NCBI RefSeq assembly: GCF_009914755.1
Contig: NC_060940.1
Strand: one strand, 5' to 3'
Length of the DNA stretch: 64,000 bases
From: the human T2T-CHM13v2.0 reference genome, Homo sapiens
Below the pieces are notes generated by a model. The model was not told where the DNA came from and made no database searches. It was given only the letters and a program-made list of their open reading frames with translations. Made by a program: the position numbers and the translations under genes. Shown here piece by piece: positions 1 to 12,395 of this stretch (position 1 is its first letter; each line of letters starts with the position of its first letter).

Positions 1-203
1 ATTACATCCTTCTGAGATGATAAGTACAATGAACCATGTAAATAGTGAGCTGTGTAGCCACCAGGTGGGAAAGGATTTTTCTGAGAATGAAGCCGTCCCA
101 GAGGAAACAGAACCAAGAGGACAAAGAAAGAGAGAGTTCTGATCATATTGTTCATTTCATGCCTGTAGTTTTCTAGTCACATCAATAAACTTGCTCTTTC
201 TCA

Positions 204-243
<40 letters not shown>

Positions 244-275
244 TTTGAGCTAGCTGAAGTTGGTTTTTGCTACTA
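1..275 (+). mobile_element. MLT1-type (MaLR) LTR, 3' portion
   Basis: MLT1 3'-end motifs TTTTCTAGTCACATCAATAAA and GAGCTAGCTGAAGTTGGTTTTTG, interrupted by (TC)n. Confidence 0.6.
207..241. repeat. (TC)n microsatellite
   Basis: Perfect TC run. Confidence 0.95.
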
Positions 276-388
276 ATGAGTTAAATTTTTATTCGACAAA
301 GGGGGTGTTTTAAAATGGTGAGCTTTGCGTTTATTCCCCGAGTGAGGGAATGAACAAAATAATATAAGCTTGTTAAAGATCAGAGTTG

Positions 389-706
<318 letters not shown>

Positions 707-708
707 AC

Positions 709-709
709 A

Positions 710-741
<32 letters not shown>
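709..741. repeat. (CA)n microsatellite in Alu tail
   Basis: CA run directly after the tail. Confidence 0.95.
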
Positions 742-745
<4 letters not shown>

Positions 746-789
746 TAACTTAACTTTAGTTCTAGCAAAGATCAAATAATTAGGTAGGC

Positions 790-1110
790 AGTCAAGGTGA
801 AGATAGATCCAGAATTTACAGGGAAGAAGGCTCTTCAGGGGGAAGCAGGACATTGAGGCTTAGTAATTTCATTACTAAGACAGCTGCAGTAGGGGTGGCA
901 GGTGAGATTGATCAGGTAGGTTGGGGCCAGGTGATCAAGAGCCTTAACTGTCATGAGAATAGATTGGAAGATGAATAGTGGATGGTGAAACTGAAGGCCA
1001 GTAGGCCATTTGGAAACAATGGGGATGAATGAGGGCAGTGGCAGTGGGTATAAGGCACAGACTTAGTCCTTAATTTTGAGTCAGTATAAATTTGAATGGG
1101 AAAGGAGGAT
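790..1110 (-). mobile_element. L2 fragment(s)
   Basis: Purine-rich L2 antisense-like text (CAGGTAGGTTGGGGCCAG, GAGGGCAGTGGCAGTGGG). Confidence 0.45.
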
Positions 1111-1367
1111 ATGAATTGGGGTCTAGTCTGGTGTAGCAAAAGCCTTACACATAGTAAGTCCTATAATGCTCAGTCAGTTTGATTTATTTTTAAAGGGAGT
1201 GTTATGGACATTGTAGAGGGCACATTCTCATAAGACAATGAGTTTGTAATATGTTAGGTGGTGATCAGAGCTGAGAAATAAGAAATTTTGGTAGGAGGAC
1301 AGGGAGTGGAGGGTAAGGTGTTGTTAAGTAGGATATCCAAAGAGAGCCCCCCCCCGGCCCCACCCTG

Positions 1368-1790
1368 CTTTTTTGAGACTGTCTTGCTTTGTCACCCAAG
1401 CTGGAGTGCAGTGTCCTGACCACGCCTCACTGAAGTCTTGACCTCCAGGACTCAAGTGATCCTCCTACCTCACCTTTTCGAGTAGCTGAGACTGCAGGTG
1501 TGTGCCACCACACTTGGCTAATTGTTTTGTTTTTTTGTAGAGATAGGATCTTGTTATGTTACTCAGCCTGGTCTCAAATTCCTAAGCTCAAGCAATCCTC
1601 CTGCCTTGGCTTCCTGAGTCGCTGGGACTGCAGGCAGGCACCATCATGCCCGGCTAATTTTTTGAAGTTTTTGGAGTCTTGGGGTCTTGCTAAGTTTCTC
1701 AGGCTGATCTTAAACTCCTGGGTCAGGTGATCCTCCCACTTTGGCCTCCCAAAGCACTGGGATTACAAGCCTAAACCACTGTGCCTGGCC
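1368..1790 (-). mobile_element. AluJ-type three-arm element
   Basis: Right arm + hybrid arm + left arm; CAAAGAGAGC on both sides (~1338-1347 and 1791-1800). Confidence 0.85.
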
Positions 1791-2331
1791 CAAAGAGAGC
1801 ATCTTTGATTAGAAAACCAACCGTTACCTCAAGACACATGAGACTGCATGCTTACTAATTTCTGGGAAAATATTTATCATGTAATACTAGAGGGAAAAAA
1901 ATCAGCGTATGAATTAGAAGCAGATTAGGATGGAGCAAGATTGCTTTTTACCATTGGGGGAAATATTGAATTTGATTTGATCTTTTTCATTTATTTATTT
2001 AAGAATTTTTAAAAGCCCACATCACAACCAATGGTAACACAAGAGAGTGTTGTGAGCCCCAAGTTGAGTACAGTATCCCTAGGTATGGTCAATTTCTCAA
2101 TGTTTCTCCTAAAGTGTAGTGTCCTGAGCTAAAACCTTCCAGAGCGTGCTGAGCAGCATCATGTGAAAAGGGACAAATGGATTGTTTTCTCCAGGGCTGT
2201 GACAGGTATATGATGATTCAGGGTGGCTGCTTTGACCTGGCTCTCTCTAGACTCCAGAGCATTTTGGGATTCTGAAAATCAAAATTATTATCTTTTTGTG
2301 TGTGTGTGAATTACTGAGTGTTGCAGGCATC

Positions 2332-2553
2332 AGTCTTGACCTCTGGGGCTCAAGTGATCCTCCTACCTCAGCCTCCTGAGTAGCCGAGACTACAGATATG
2401 TGCCATCATGCTTGGCTAATTGTTCTATTTTTTTGTAGGGATGGGTTTGCTGTGTTACCCAGGGTGACCTTGAACTCCTGGGCTCAAGCAATCCTCCCAC
2501 CTTGGCTTCCTAAGTAGCTGGAACTGCGGGCAGGCATCACCATGCCCAGCTAA
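2332..2553 (-). mobile_element. AluJ-type fragment, paralogous to 1434-1657
   Basis: Alu arm sequence sharing atypical substitutions with the 1368-1790 element. Confidence 0.85.
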
Positions 2554-2749
2554 GATCCACTTGTGGTCTTCAAGGGTAGGCCCAACTTGGCTTATTACTC
2601 ATTCACTCATTTCTCCTTACTCACCACCTGCTTGCATCTCTCCTCATGCTCAGGGATGGGCTGGTGGGTGAAAATCTTGCAAGGCACTTAATACACACAT
2701 CACTCAGTTGTTCATAAAAGCTGAATGTTTAATGACTTAAAAACCCCCA

Positions 2750-3295
2750 ACTTTATGATGGTATAATTGACATAACATCAAATTCACCCATTTTAAGTAT
2801 ACAATTCAATGATTTTTAGAAAATTTACTGACTTGTGCAACTATCATGAGCATCCAGTGTGAGGACATTTTTTGTCACCCCAATAAGATCCTTGTGCCTG
2901 TTCTCATCCCTAACCTCAGGTAACCACTAATTGATTTTCTAGCTCTAGAGATGTGTCTTTTCTGGACATTACATGTGAATGGAATTATACAGTATGTGAT
3001 CTTCTATGTCTGGCTTCCTTTACTTAGCATGTTTTTGAGGTTCATCCCTGTCTTAGCAGGTATAAATTCTTCATTTTTTATTGCTGCATAATATTCCATC
3101 ATATGGATAGACCACTCCATTCACACATTGGCGAACATTGGAGCTCTTTTTAATGCTGAGATATTATGAGTAATGCTGCTATGAATACTCACTTGTGAGC
3201 CTTTTGTGGACACATGTTTTCATTTCTTTTGAGTAGATACCTAGGAGTGGAATTGCTGGGTAATATATATTAAGATTATATTCAACTTTTCAAGA
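2750..3295 (-). mobile_element. L1MB-like 3' end
   Basis: Antisense L1M 3'UTR motifs (GGTATAATTGACATA, GGTAACCACTAAT, TGGCTTCCTTTACTTAGCAT, AGATACCTAGGAGTGGAATTGCTGGG). Confidence 0.85.
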
Positions 3296-4200
3296 AAGGA
3301 ATAGCTTGGTTTTTAAGCTGTGTCAAAGTGCTCTCCCCACCACATATAGAGGGTTGTGTTGAGCATCTCTCATAACCTGGAATGCCCTCCACACATGGCT
3401 GCAACTGAGATATTTGCAATGGAATGTTCAGGTCCTTCCATGCCCAGCCATTTGCTGGAGCATTTCCGCCTACTAGTCATTCTGCCAAGCCTCCCATTCC
3501 TGCCACAGCCAACCCCAAGGAAGGGGGAACACAAAGACGTCTGTGGCTGTCTGAACGTGGCTTTTTCTCCAGATGGGACAGATGCAGTGGCTGTAAAAGC
3601 AGCTGCGATGTTTCCGTGCTGAAAAGGGCTTTTCATGCAAGAGACGAAAAGAGGAATGTCATGCTGGAAAGGTGAACTTTGGGAGCTGGTATGAAAAGAA
3701 TGTGATGTGTGCTCCCTGTTTCTCTGGGACAAATGAGTCATGTTTGAGAAATGGTCCCTTTTCAGCCTCAATGACTGCTTGCATCTATTTCAACATCCAA
3801 AAAAAGTACAGGGAGAGGAGAGCTGGAACTTGAGCAAGACTCAAAGGTTGCTGGAGACTCGGAAACAGTCATCTGATGGTGTGACAGGTCAGTGAGCCAA
3901 TCAGCCAGCCAAAGAGCTGTGATGAAGGGAGAGTCTGTGATTGTAGAGTGACACATGGCCTCATTTATCCTGGAGAAAGCTGGGGAATTTGGTCTCAGAC
4001 AGCTGGTACTGAATTGAGTCTTTGTATGTCCAAGAGACAAGATATTCATTTAAATTGAACAGATGCCAATGTTACTTGGGCTCCTTAGTGGTAACTGATC
4101 CTCCCCTCATGGGCCTGAAGGTATTAAAAAATATTTAGTACGTGGCTTCTAAGATTTAACTGTAGCCCTTAAGAAGTAAACTCAGACATACAAGAGATGT

Positions 4201-4600
4201 GAAACTGGCTAGCCATATGCAGAAAACTGAAACTGGACCCCTTCCTTACACCTTATACAAAAATTAACTCAAGATGGATTAAAGACTTAAATTTAAGACC
4301 GAAAGCCATAAAAACCCTAAGAGAAAACCTAGGCAATACCATTCAGGACATAGGCATGGGTAAAGACTTCATGACTAAAACACCAAAAGCAATGGCAACA
4401 AAAGCCAAAATTGACAAATGGGATCTAATTAAATTAAAGAGCTTCTGCACAGCAAAAGAAACTATCATCAGAGTGAACAGGCAACTTACAGAATGGGAGA
4501 AAATTTTTGCAATCTATCCATCTGACAAAGGGCTAGTATCCAGAATCTACAAAGAACTTAAACAAATTACAAAAAAAAAAAAAACCCAAAAACAAAAAAA
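4201..4600 (+). mobile_element. L1PA ORF2 fragment
   Basis: Translates to ORF2p C-terminal segment [35 protein letters not shown]...; ends in an A-rich tract. Confidence 0.95.
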
Positions 4601-4634
4601 CAGCTTCCCTTATTTCTTAAGGTGATCTCAGATG

Positions 4635-4835
4635 GCAGACTCCCTGAGTTCAAATCCTGATTGCAGAAGATCATTGAATAATTTATTTAAGTCCTCTGTG
4701 CCTTGGTTTTCTCATCTGTAAAGTCAGACTGAAAACACCTCCCTGTTTTGAGGATTAACTGAGATTATCTGTGTAAGACACTTAGCATATTGGTGGGCAC
4801 ATAGAAAGGCCAGAGTAAACATTAACTATCATTAC
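4635..4835 (+). mobile_element. MIR
   Basis: GTTCAAATCC B-box, core TTTCTCATCTGTAAA, TGAGGATTAACTGAG. Confidence 0.8.
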
Positions 4836-5139
4836 TATTAGTTTGAAATTTATTTTTTATTATTAAGATAATTTTCTTTTTGGAGCTTCTATTTAACCAG
4901 GTGGATGAAATTCAAATCTTACCCTATTCCAGGTAACCTCAAGCAATTCAGTATTGAATATTAAGTATTCAATGCAGTATTGAATTGCCTCTCCCCAAAG
5001 ATTTGGATTCTGTAAATGTGTGGCAGAATTGTGTTTAAAGGAGGGTAGGAGACTATGATTGTTCCTGGATAGGTGAGAGGCCATCTGGTCTTCAGTTATC
5101 ATCTGTTGAGGCAGACATTCGTGGAAACCCATTTCATCT

Positions 5140-5255
5140 TGTATTTGCAGATGAGAAAACTGAGGCTCAGAGAGGTTAGGAAACTTGCCTAAAGACACAC
5201 AGCTAGGTAGTAGACTCAAAACCAGGTCTGTCTGACTTTCGGGCCTTTGCTCTTT
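5140..5255 (-). mobile_element. MIR
   Basis: CAGATGAGAAAACTGAGGCTCAGAGAGGTTA. Confidence 0.85.
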
Positions 5256-5509
5256 CCCATTTGTCTTCTAAAAATGACTCCAAAGGCCTTTCTATCTTAT
5301 GCCCAGGTGGTCATACCACTCAGCAAAAGGGTAAGGATTTTTTTTTGTTTGTTTTTAAAGGAGATGGACTAGGTTGTTTCATGATTCGTCAGAAAAAGGC
5401 CTGAGGACTTGTGTCAGATGCCAAATAAAGCTTTAGTTCTTGATATGTTTAGAGAGCAATTTGGTGTTTTAGTTAATAAGAGAAATTCAATGCATATTTG
5501 TTGAATTGA

Positions 5510-5627
5510 AGCAGGGAGGAGAGAAGGGAAAAAATAAGAGAAAGAGGGAAGAAAGCAAGAAAAAAGGAAGAAAGATGGGAAGTGAAGAAGAAGGGAAAGA
5601 GGGAGGCAGGGAGGAAGGAAAAAAAAG
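5510..5627. repeat. GA-rich low complexity
   Basis: Almost pure purine tract. Confidence 0.8.
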
Positions 5628-6152
5628 GTTTTGATTTTCATTTGCCAGCCACACTGTTGGAGTATATTGGTTTTATGGAGCTTTACCAAGGTTTTATGCC
5701 TTGGAATCTCTCAAGGAACATTTTCCAAATATGCATTCTGGGACCCCACGCCACAGCTACTGAATCAACTGGAATCCCTGGGGTCAATTCTGAGCAAACA
5801 AACTCAGGCAATTTTATACAATACCTCTCATTGAGAAGCATGAGTTCGTGATTTTTTTTTTTAACAAAACAAATTAAAGACCAGTCAAGGGGTTCTTCTG
5901 GTTTGTGAGTGGCTTCATCTCTTATTTGGATGCTTCTCAGTGATGTTTCTGTTGGGAGGAGGTGCTTGGCATTGCCTTTCAGAGGCCATTAAAAGGCCCC
6001 TCTGGTTCATGGCTCCCACTCGCCTTTGTGATGGCCAAAGAATGTGTGGGGTTGACATTCTTCCTGAAACTAAATCCGGTGTCACTTAGAATTAGGGTCT
6101 CTTTTTACCCTAATTCCATCTCAGCTTGCAGGCAATAGAGTAAAAAATTTGA

Positions 6153-6512
<360 letters not shown>

Positions 6513-7410
6513 TCATTTGTTGTAGTGATGATGGTGGTAATGGCTCCCTCAAGGGGCCAGTCACAGAGTATCTGCTGTCTCTTTGGTAAGAGGGCTGTCT
6601 CAGCCAGTCAGGGTTAGTGTTAGAGAGATCACGTATTCCAGGCAGTGTCCATCCTACCAAGCCTGGAGATTGTTGCTTGATCTGTATATCCCATGATCAA
6701 GAATAGGAGAGGACCAGCTTTGGTATAGCATCTCTGAATTAATTGGCAGCCTTCTTCAGGACTTGGCACTAATCGGACAGAAATAGACATTGAAGTTCTG
6801 GGAAAATTGTCTTGCCTGAGAGGCTCATTATTGCGTCCAATACAAAGGAATTTGGGCAGGGAGGTCAGAGTTAATGTGCTTAATATTCAGTTGCTGCAGG
6901 GACCCAGCCAAGGAATTGAGAGTGTCCTGAAAATTACTGGCCTCATTTGTTTGCCTTTTCTGGCTGTGTTCTTGGCACCCATGGAGGAGAAAGGGATGAA
7001 CACAATAGAAACTAGAAAAAGGTCCAGGCCTGTATCTCAGGGACAAAAAGGGTTTTTGGTAATCGTCAAGAGGAATTATCACCTGATTCCCAGTCAATGG
7101 AGGCTTCTGCCCTGAGCTGGCTGGCAGGGGTCACTGCCTTCTTCTGTCACTCCATTATTCATTTGTTCATTCATTCAGCAAAGCGCTTACCATGGACATG
7201 CTGTAAACCTGGAATTGTGCCTGGAAAAATTCCGGAGAATTTTGTTACCTGTGATGGTTAAAATATTCCTAGAAATAAATGACTGTTGATCTAAGAGCAC
7301 AGAGGCTTAACAATTAGCAAACTCACAATATTGAAGGCTCCCCCACTGCCAGTTTTCTTTTTCTTAAATTATAATTTTTATTTTGAGGAAATTAAAAATA
7401 ATACGAAAAA

Positions 7411-8110
<700 letters not shown>

Positions 8111-8127
8111 AAGTATTACATCTAACT

Positions 8128-8270
8128 CCATCCATCCATCCATCCATCCATCCATCCATCCATCCTTCTCTCTCTCCCTGTATCTTTGTATCTATATATG
8201 TATCTATCTATCTATCGATCATCTATCTATCATGATCTATCTATTTATCCATCCATCTATCTATCTCTTC
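8128..8270. repeat. (CCAT)n plus degenerate (TCTA)n
   Basis: Direct tetranucleotide runs. Confidence 0.9.
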
Positions 8271-8383
8271 ATCACCATTATCATATTTATGTATCTACCT
8301 GTTTTTCATTTTGCTGGCTGCCTATTTTATATATGTCCTATTTCATATACTTAGCCACTCAGTTTTCTTGCCTGATTCCTTAG

Positions 8384-9015
8384 CAGGGATGATATTCAAA
8401 ATATTTAACAACCCATATTGCTGAGACCAGCTTGGTCAGGGAGACCCTAACCTATCAGCGCTAGAGGAATTAAAGACACACACACAGAAATATAGAGGTG
8501 TGAAGTGGGAAATCAGGGGTCTCACAGCCTTCAGAGCTGAGAGCCCCGAACAGAGATTTACCCACTATTTATTAACAGCAAACCAGTCATTATCATTGTT
8601 TCTATAGATGTTAAATTAACTAAAAGTATCCCTTAAGGGAAACGAAGGGATGGGCCGAATTAATTGCAGCAGGAACACACCCTTAAGACAGAGATCACTA
8701 ATGCTTTTGTTTGTGGCTTAAGAATGCCTTTAAGCGGTTTTCTGCCCTGGGCGGGCCAGGTGTTCCTTGCCCTCATTCCCTTAAACCCACAACCTTCCAG
8801 CTTGGGCGTTAGGGCAATTATGGACATGTTACAGTGCTGCAGAGATTTTATTTATGGCCAGTTTTGGAGCCAGTTTATGGCCAGATTTTGGGAGGCTTGC
8901 TCCCAACACCGTATGCCCCAGGCACCAAATAATAAAAACATATGATGGCCTAGTCAGACTAAACCTGGCCAAGAATAACTGGTAAGCCCATTATACTGGT
9001 TCATACCAGCTGACT
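8384..9015. mobile_element. Short hAT-like DNA transposon relic interrupted by the MER9 LTR
   Basis: Begins CAGGGATGATATTCAAAATATTTAACAACC, resumes after the LTR and ends near ATACTGGTTCATACCAGCTGA; subfamily not assigned. Confidence 0.5.
8419..8908 (-). mobile_element. MER9 solo LTR (HERV-K HML-3 / HERVK9)
   Basis: Minus strand starts TGTTGGGAGCAAGCC...AAAATCTGGCCATAAACTGG; TG...CA ends; 6-bp TSD CCATAT/CCGTAT. Confidence 0.9.
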
Positions 9016-9849
9016 AGTAGCTTACCTGCAGGCATTTCATTTTGCAAACCCTGCACTAACAATTCCTTCCAACACTGACTATCTTATGAACAAAACCCTT
9101 GGAGTTTCTTCCTCAGAAATACCTTCCCTTCTGATGACCTATAATCCTCCTTCATCTCTGCTTGTGGAAATCTAAGCATCCTTTTAGGCCAAATTCAAAT
9201 ACCATTTCCTGCATGAACGACTCTGGGATCTCTAAGACAGATTTTAATTCTTCATTCTGCCTTATGATTGCGATTATATCTGTAGTGTTATCCATGGATT
9301 GAATCCTTCAGTGGACTGTGAGTTTCTCAAAGCTTGGATAGCTCCTTACTTACTGATCTCTGTAACTTTGTTTCATCTCCATCTGTCACTCAAATGTGCA
9401 CATAAGCTGATGCCTGGGATACATCATACCTACCCTTGTTAAGTTGGCAGAGAATTAACGGTGGATTCTACCTGGCATGGGGGCATTAGGAGTGGGACAT
9501 ATATGATACAGCATGAAGATGTCAGTGCCCCAGGTTCTCATTCATGGACACTTTCCAAAGTGTTCCTCGGAAATAAATACATGGTCTTTAATGGTCTTTG
9601 GCTCTGAGACAGCTTGTCAGAGCACCATGGTTTATAGTATGGCAGAGTGACATTGCTGAAGGTCTCTCTGGAAGGAGCTGAAATTTCAGATGTGAAAGTG
9701 ATTTGAGAAGGTGCAGCAGGGATGTCTGTTAAGAGCTGGGCAGCATGGGACAGTGAGCAGGACACTGGCTTTGGAGCTAGTTGCTATGTTCTGTGAGCCT
9801 GTGCCTAGAAACCAGTCTAGAAAACTGTGCATTTGAATCCCATCATTTC

Positions 9850-10030
9850 TGGAGCATGGTGGGTGCTCAGCAAGTATTTCCTAAGTGTGTGAATGGATCC
9901 AGGTAGTCCTGGGTTCCAATTGCTAATCTAGACTGAGTGTCAGTTTCTCTCTCTGAAAAATGGTGAAGATATTGTCTACCCTTGAGGATTACTGAACAAA
10001 GGAGGTTTCATACGTGAATAGTGCCTAACA
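9850..10030 (+). mobile_element. L2 3' end followed by MIR
   Basis: GGTGCTCAGCAAGTATTT..GAATGGAT then CAGTTTCTCTCTCTGAAAAATGG, GAGGATTACTGA. Confidence 0.55.
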
Positions 10031-10197
10031 CAACCTCGAAGACTACTAGGACTGGTAGGACAGCATTATTAGTGACCATGTGATAAATGCATTACACTTA
10101 TTAATATAGGTTAGGGCCTTTACATATGTTAGGGACAAACACCTAGGGGCCAGCAATACGTCCCAGTGGTATTTTAGTTGTGTGATACTGGAAAGGT

Positions 10198-10501
10198 TAT
10201 TTTATTTTATTTTTTGAGACAGAGTCTCACTCTGTTGCCCAGGCTGGAGTGCAGTGGCGAGTGATCTCGGCTCACTGCAACCTCCACCTCCCAGGTTCAA
10301 GCAATTCTCCTACCTCAGCCTCCCGAGTAGCTGGGATTACAGGCCTGCGCCACCACCACGCCCGGCTAATTTTTATATTTTTAGTGGAGACAGGGTTTCA
10401 CCATGTTGGCCAGGATGGTCTCAAATTCCTGACCTTGGTGATCCTCCCATCTCGGCTTCCCAAACTGCTGGGATTATGGGCATGAGCCACTGTGCCTCGC
10501 C
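10198..10501 (-). mobile_element. AluS element inserted in a MIR
   Basis: Full antisense dimer; MIR halves at ~10165-10197 and ~10515-10560. Confidence 0.95.
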
Positions 10502-10607
10502 TATTTTATTAGTTTTTCAACACTCTCAGCTTTAGTTTCTGCATCTGTAAAGTGAAAACACATAAATACACATAAATACAGCAGACGTGTGTTTGGATAC
10601 CTGCTGT

Positions 10608-11044
10608 GAGATGGCAGAGTGGGCCGAATGGTGACCTTCCAGAAATTCCCTAATCCTGGAACTTGTGCCTGTGACTTTATTTGGTAAAAAGGGTCTTGCA
10701 GATGTAACCAAGTTAAGCATCTGCAGGTAAGGAGTTCAAGTTCATTCCAGATTATCTGCCTAGGCCCTAAATCTGCTAGCAATTGTTCTAGAACAGACAC
10801 GCAGAAGAGAGACATGCAGAGAAGAAAACTGGACGAAATGTGACCACACGGCAGAGATCCTGGAGCCACCAGAAGCTGGAGGAGACAAGGGATGGGTTCT
10901 TCCCTAGAGCCTTAGGAAGGGGCATGGCCCTGCCAACAGCCCAATTTCATACTTCTGGCCTCCAGAACTGAGAGGAAAAAAGTTCTGCTGTTTTAAGCCA
11001 CTCAGTTTGTGGTAATATGTTACAGCATCATCAGGAAACTGACA
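10608..11044 (+). mobile_element. MLT1C-like LTR
   Basis: TTATTTGGTAAAAAGGGTCTTGCAGATGTAA, CCACCAGAAGCTGGA, CTTCTGGCCTCCAGAACTG, TTTTAAGCCACTCAGTTTGTGGTAA. Confidence 0.85.
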
Positions 11045-11126
11045 ATCAGTTTCTGTATTCTGGCTCTGCGGGAGCCTTTTGCATATTATAGGTGCTTACT
11101 GAAATGCCCTTAAAAAGCTCACAGTC

Positions 11127-11427
11127 AGCCTGGTGTGATGGCTCACACCTGTAATCCCAGCACTTTGGGAGGCTGAGGTGGGCGGATCGCCTGAGATCAG
11201 AAGTTCGAGACCAGCCTGGCCAACATGGTGAAACCCCATCTCTACTAAAAATACAAAAACTAGCTGGGCATGGTGGTGCGTACCTTTAATCCTAGTTACT
11301 CAGGAGGCTGAGGCAGGAGAATGGCTTGAACCTGGGAGGCGGAGGTTGCAGTGAGTGGAGATCACGCAATTGTACTCCAGCCTGGGCGACAGAGCGAGAC
11401 TTCGTCTAAAAAAAAAAAAAAAAAAAA
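11127..11427 (+). mobile_element. AluS element
   Basis: Full dimer; TSD AAAAAGCTCACA. Confidence 0.95.
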
Positions 11428-11429
11428 GC

Positions 11430-11690
11430 TCACAATCTAGAGCTGGGAGATGACACATTCACCAGTAATACAGTCTAGCTGGTCAAGGTTGTGATAGAGG
11501 GGCACACAGGAAGGTCAGGCAACCTGACAGGGAGGTATGTGTGTGGGTGTTCCTGGGAATACTTCCTGGAGCTTTTCTCAGCTGAGCCCTAAAGAGCAAG
11601 GAGGAATTAGCCAGGCAAGAAGAGAACAGGACATTTTATTAGAGAAAGCAACATGCACAGAGGCATGAGACAGCAAGAACAGGCAGTCAT
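11430..11690 (-). mobile_element. L2 fragment
   Basis: CTGAGCCCTAAAGAGCAAGGAGGAATTAGCCAGGCAA, GCAACATGCACAGAGGCATGAG. Confidence 0.65.
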
Positions 11691-11732
11691 TCTTGTCTTC
11701 TTAATTCCTGGGAAGGTCAGATAGCCACCTAG

Positions 11733-11903
11733 AACAGTGCTTCCCAAAAGGTGAGGTGCATGTGGATCACCTGGAGGATTGTGCTAAAATGAAGAAAAAC
11801 AGATTTTGAGTAAGTGAGTCTGGGGCAGGCCCAGAGATCCTGCATTTCTTACAAGCTCCCAGGGGATGCCGATGGTGACCACACCTTGAGGAGCAAGGCC
11901 TTA
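11733..11903. mobile_element. MER5A-type hAT-Charlie relic
   Basis: CAGTGCTTCCCAAA ... GTCTGGGGCAGGCCCAGAGATCCTGCATTTCTTACAAGCTCCCAGG. Confidence 0.75.
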
Positions 11904-11904
11904 G

Positions 11905-12395
<491 letters not shown>

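Noticed and set aside
4356-4625. 89-aa ORF with clear protein similarity
   Set aside because: L1 ORF2p remnant, not a gene; the same holds for 18335-18541 and 57620-57838
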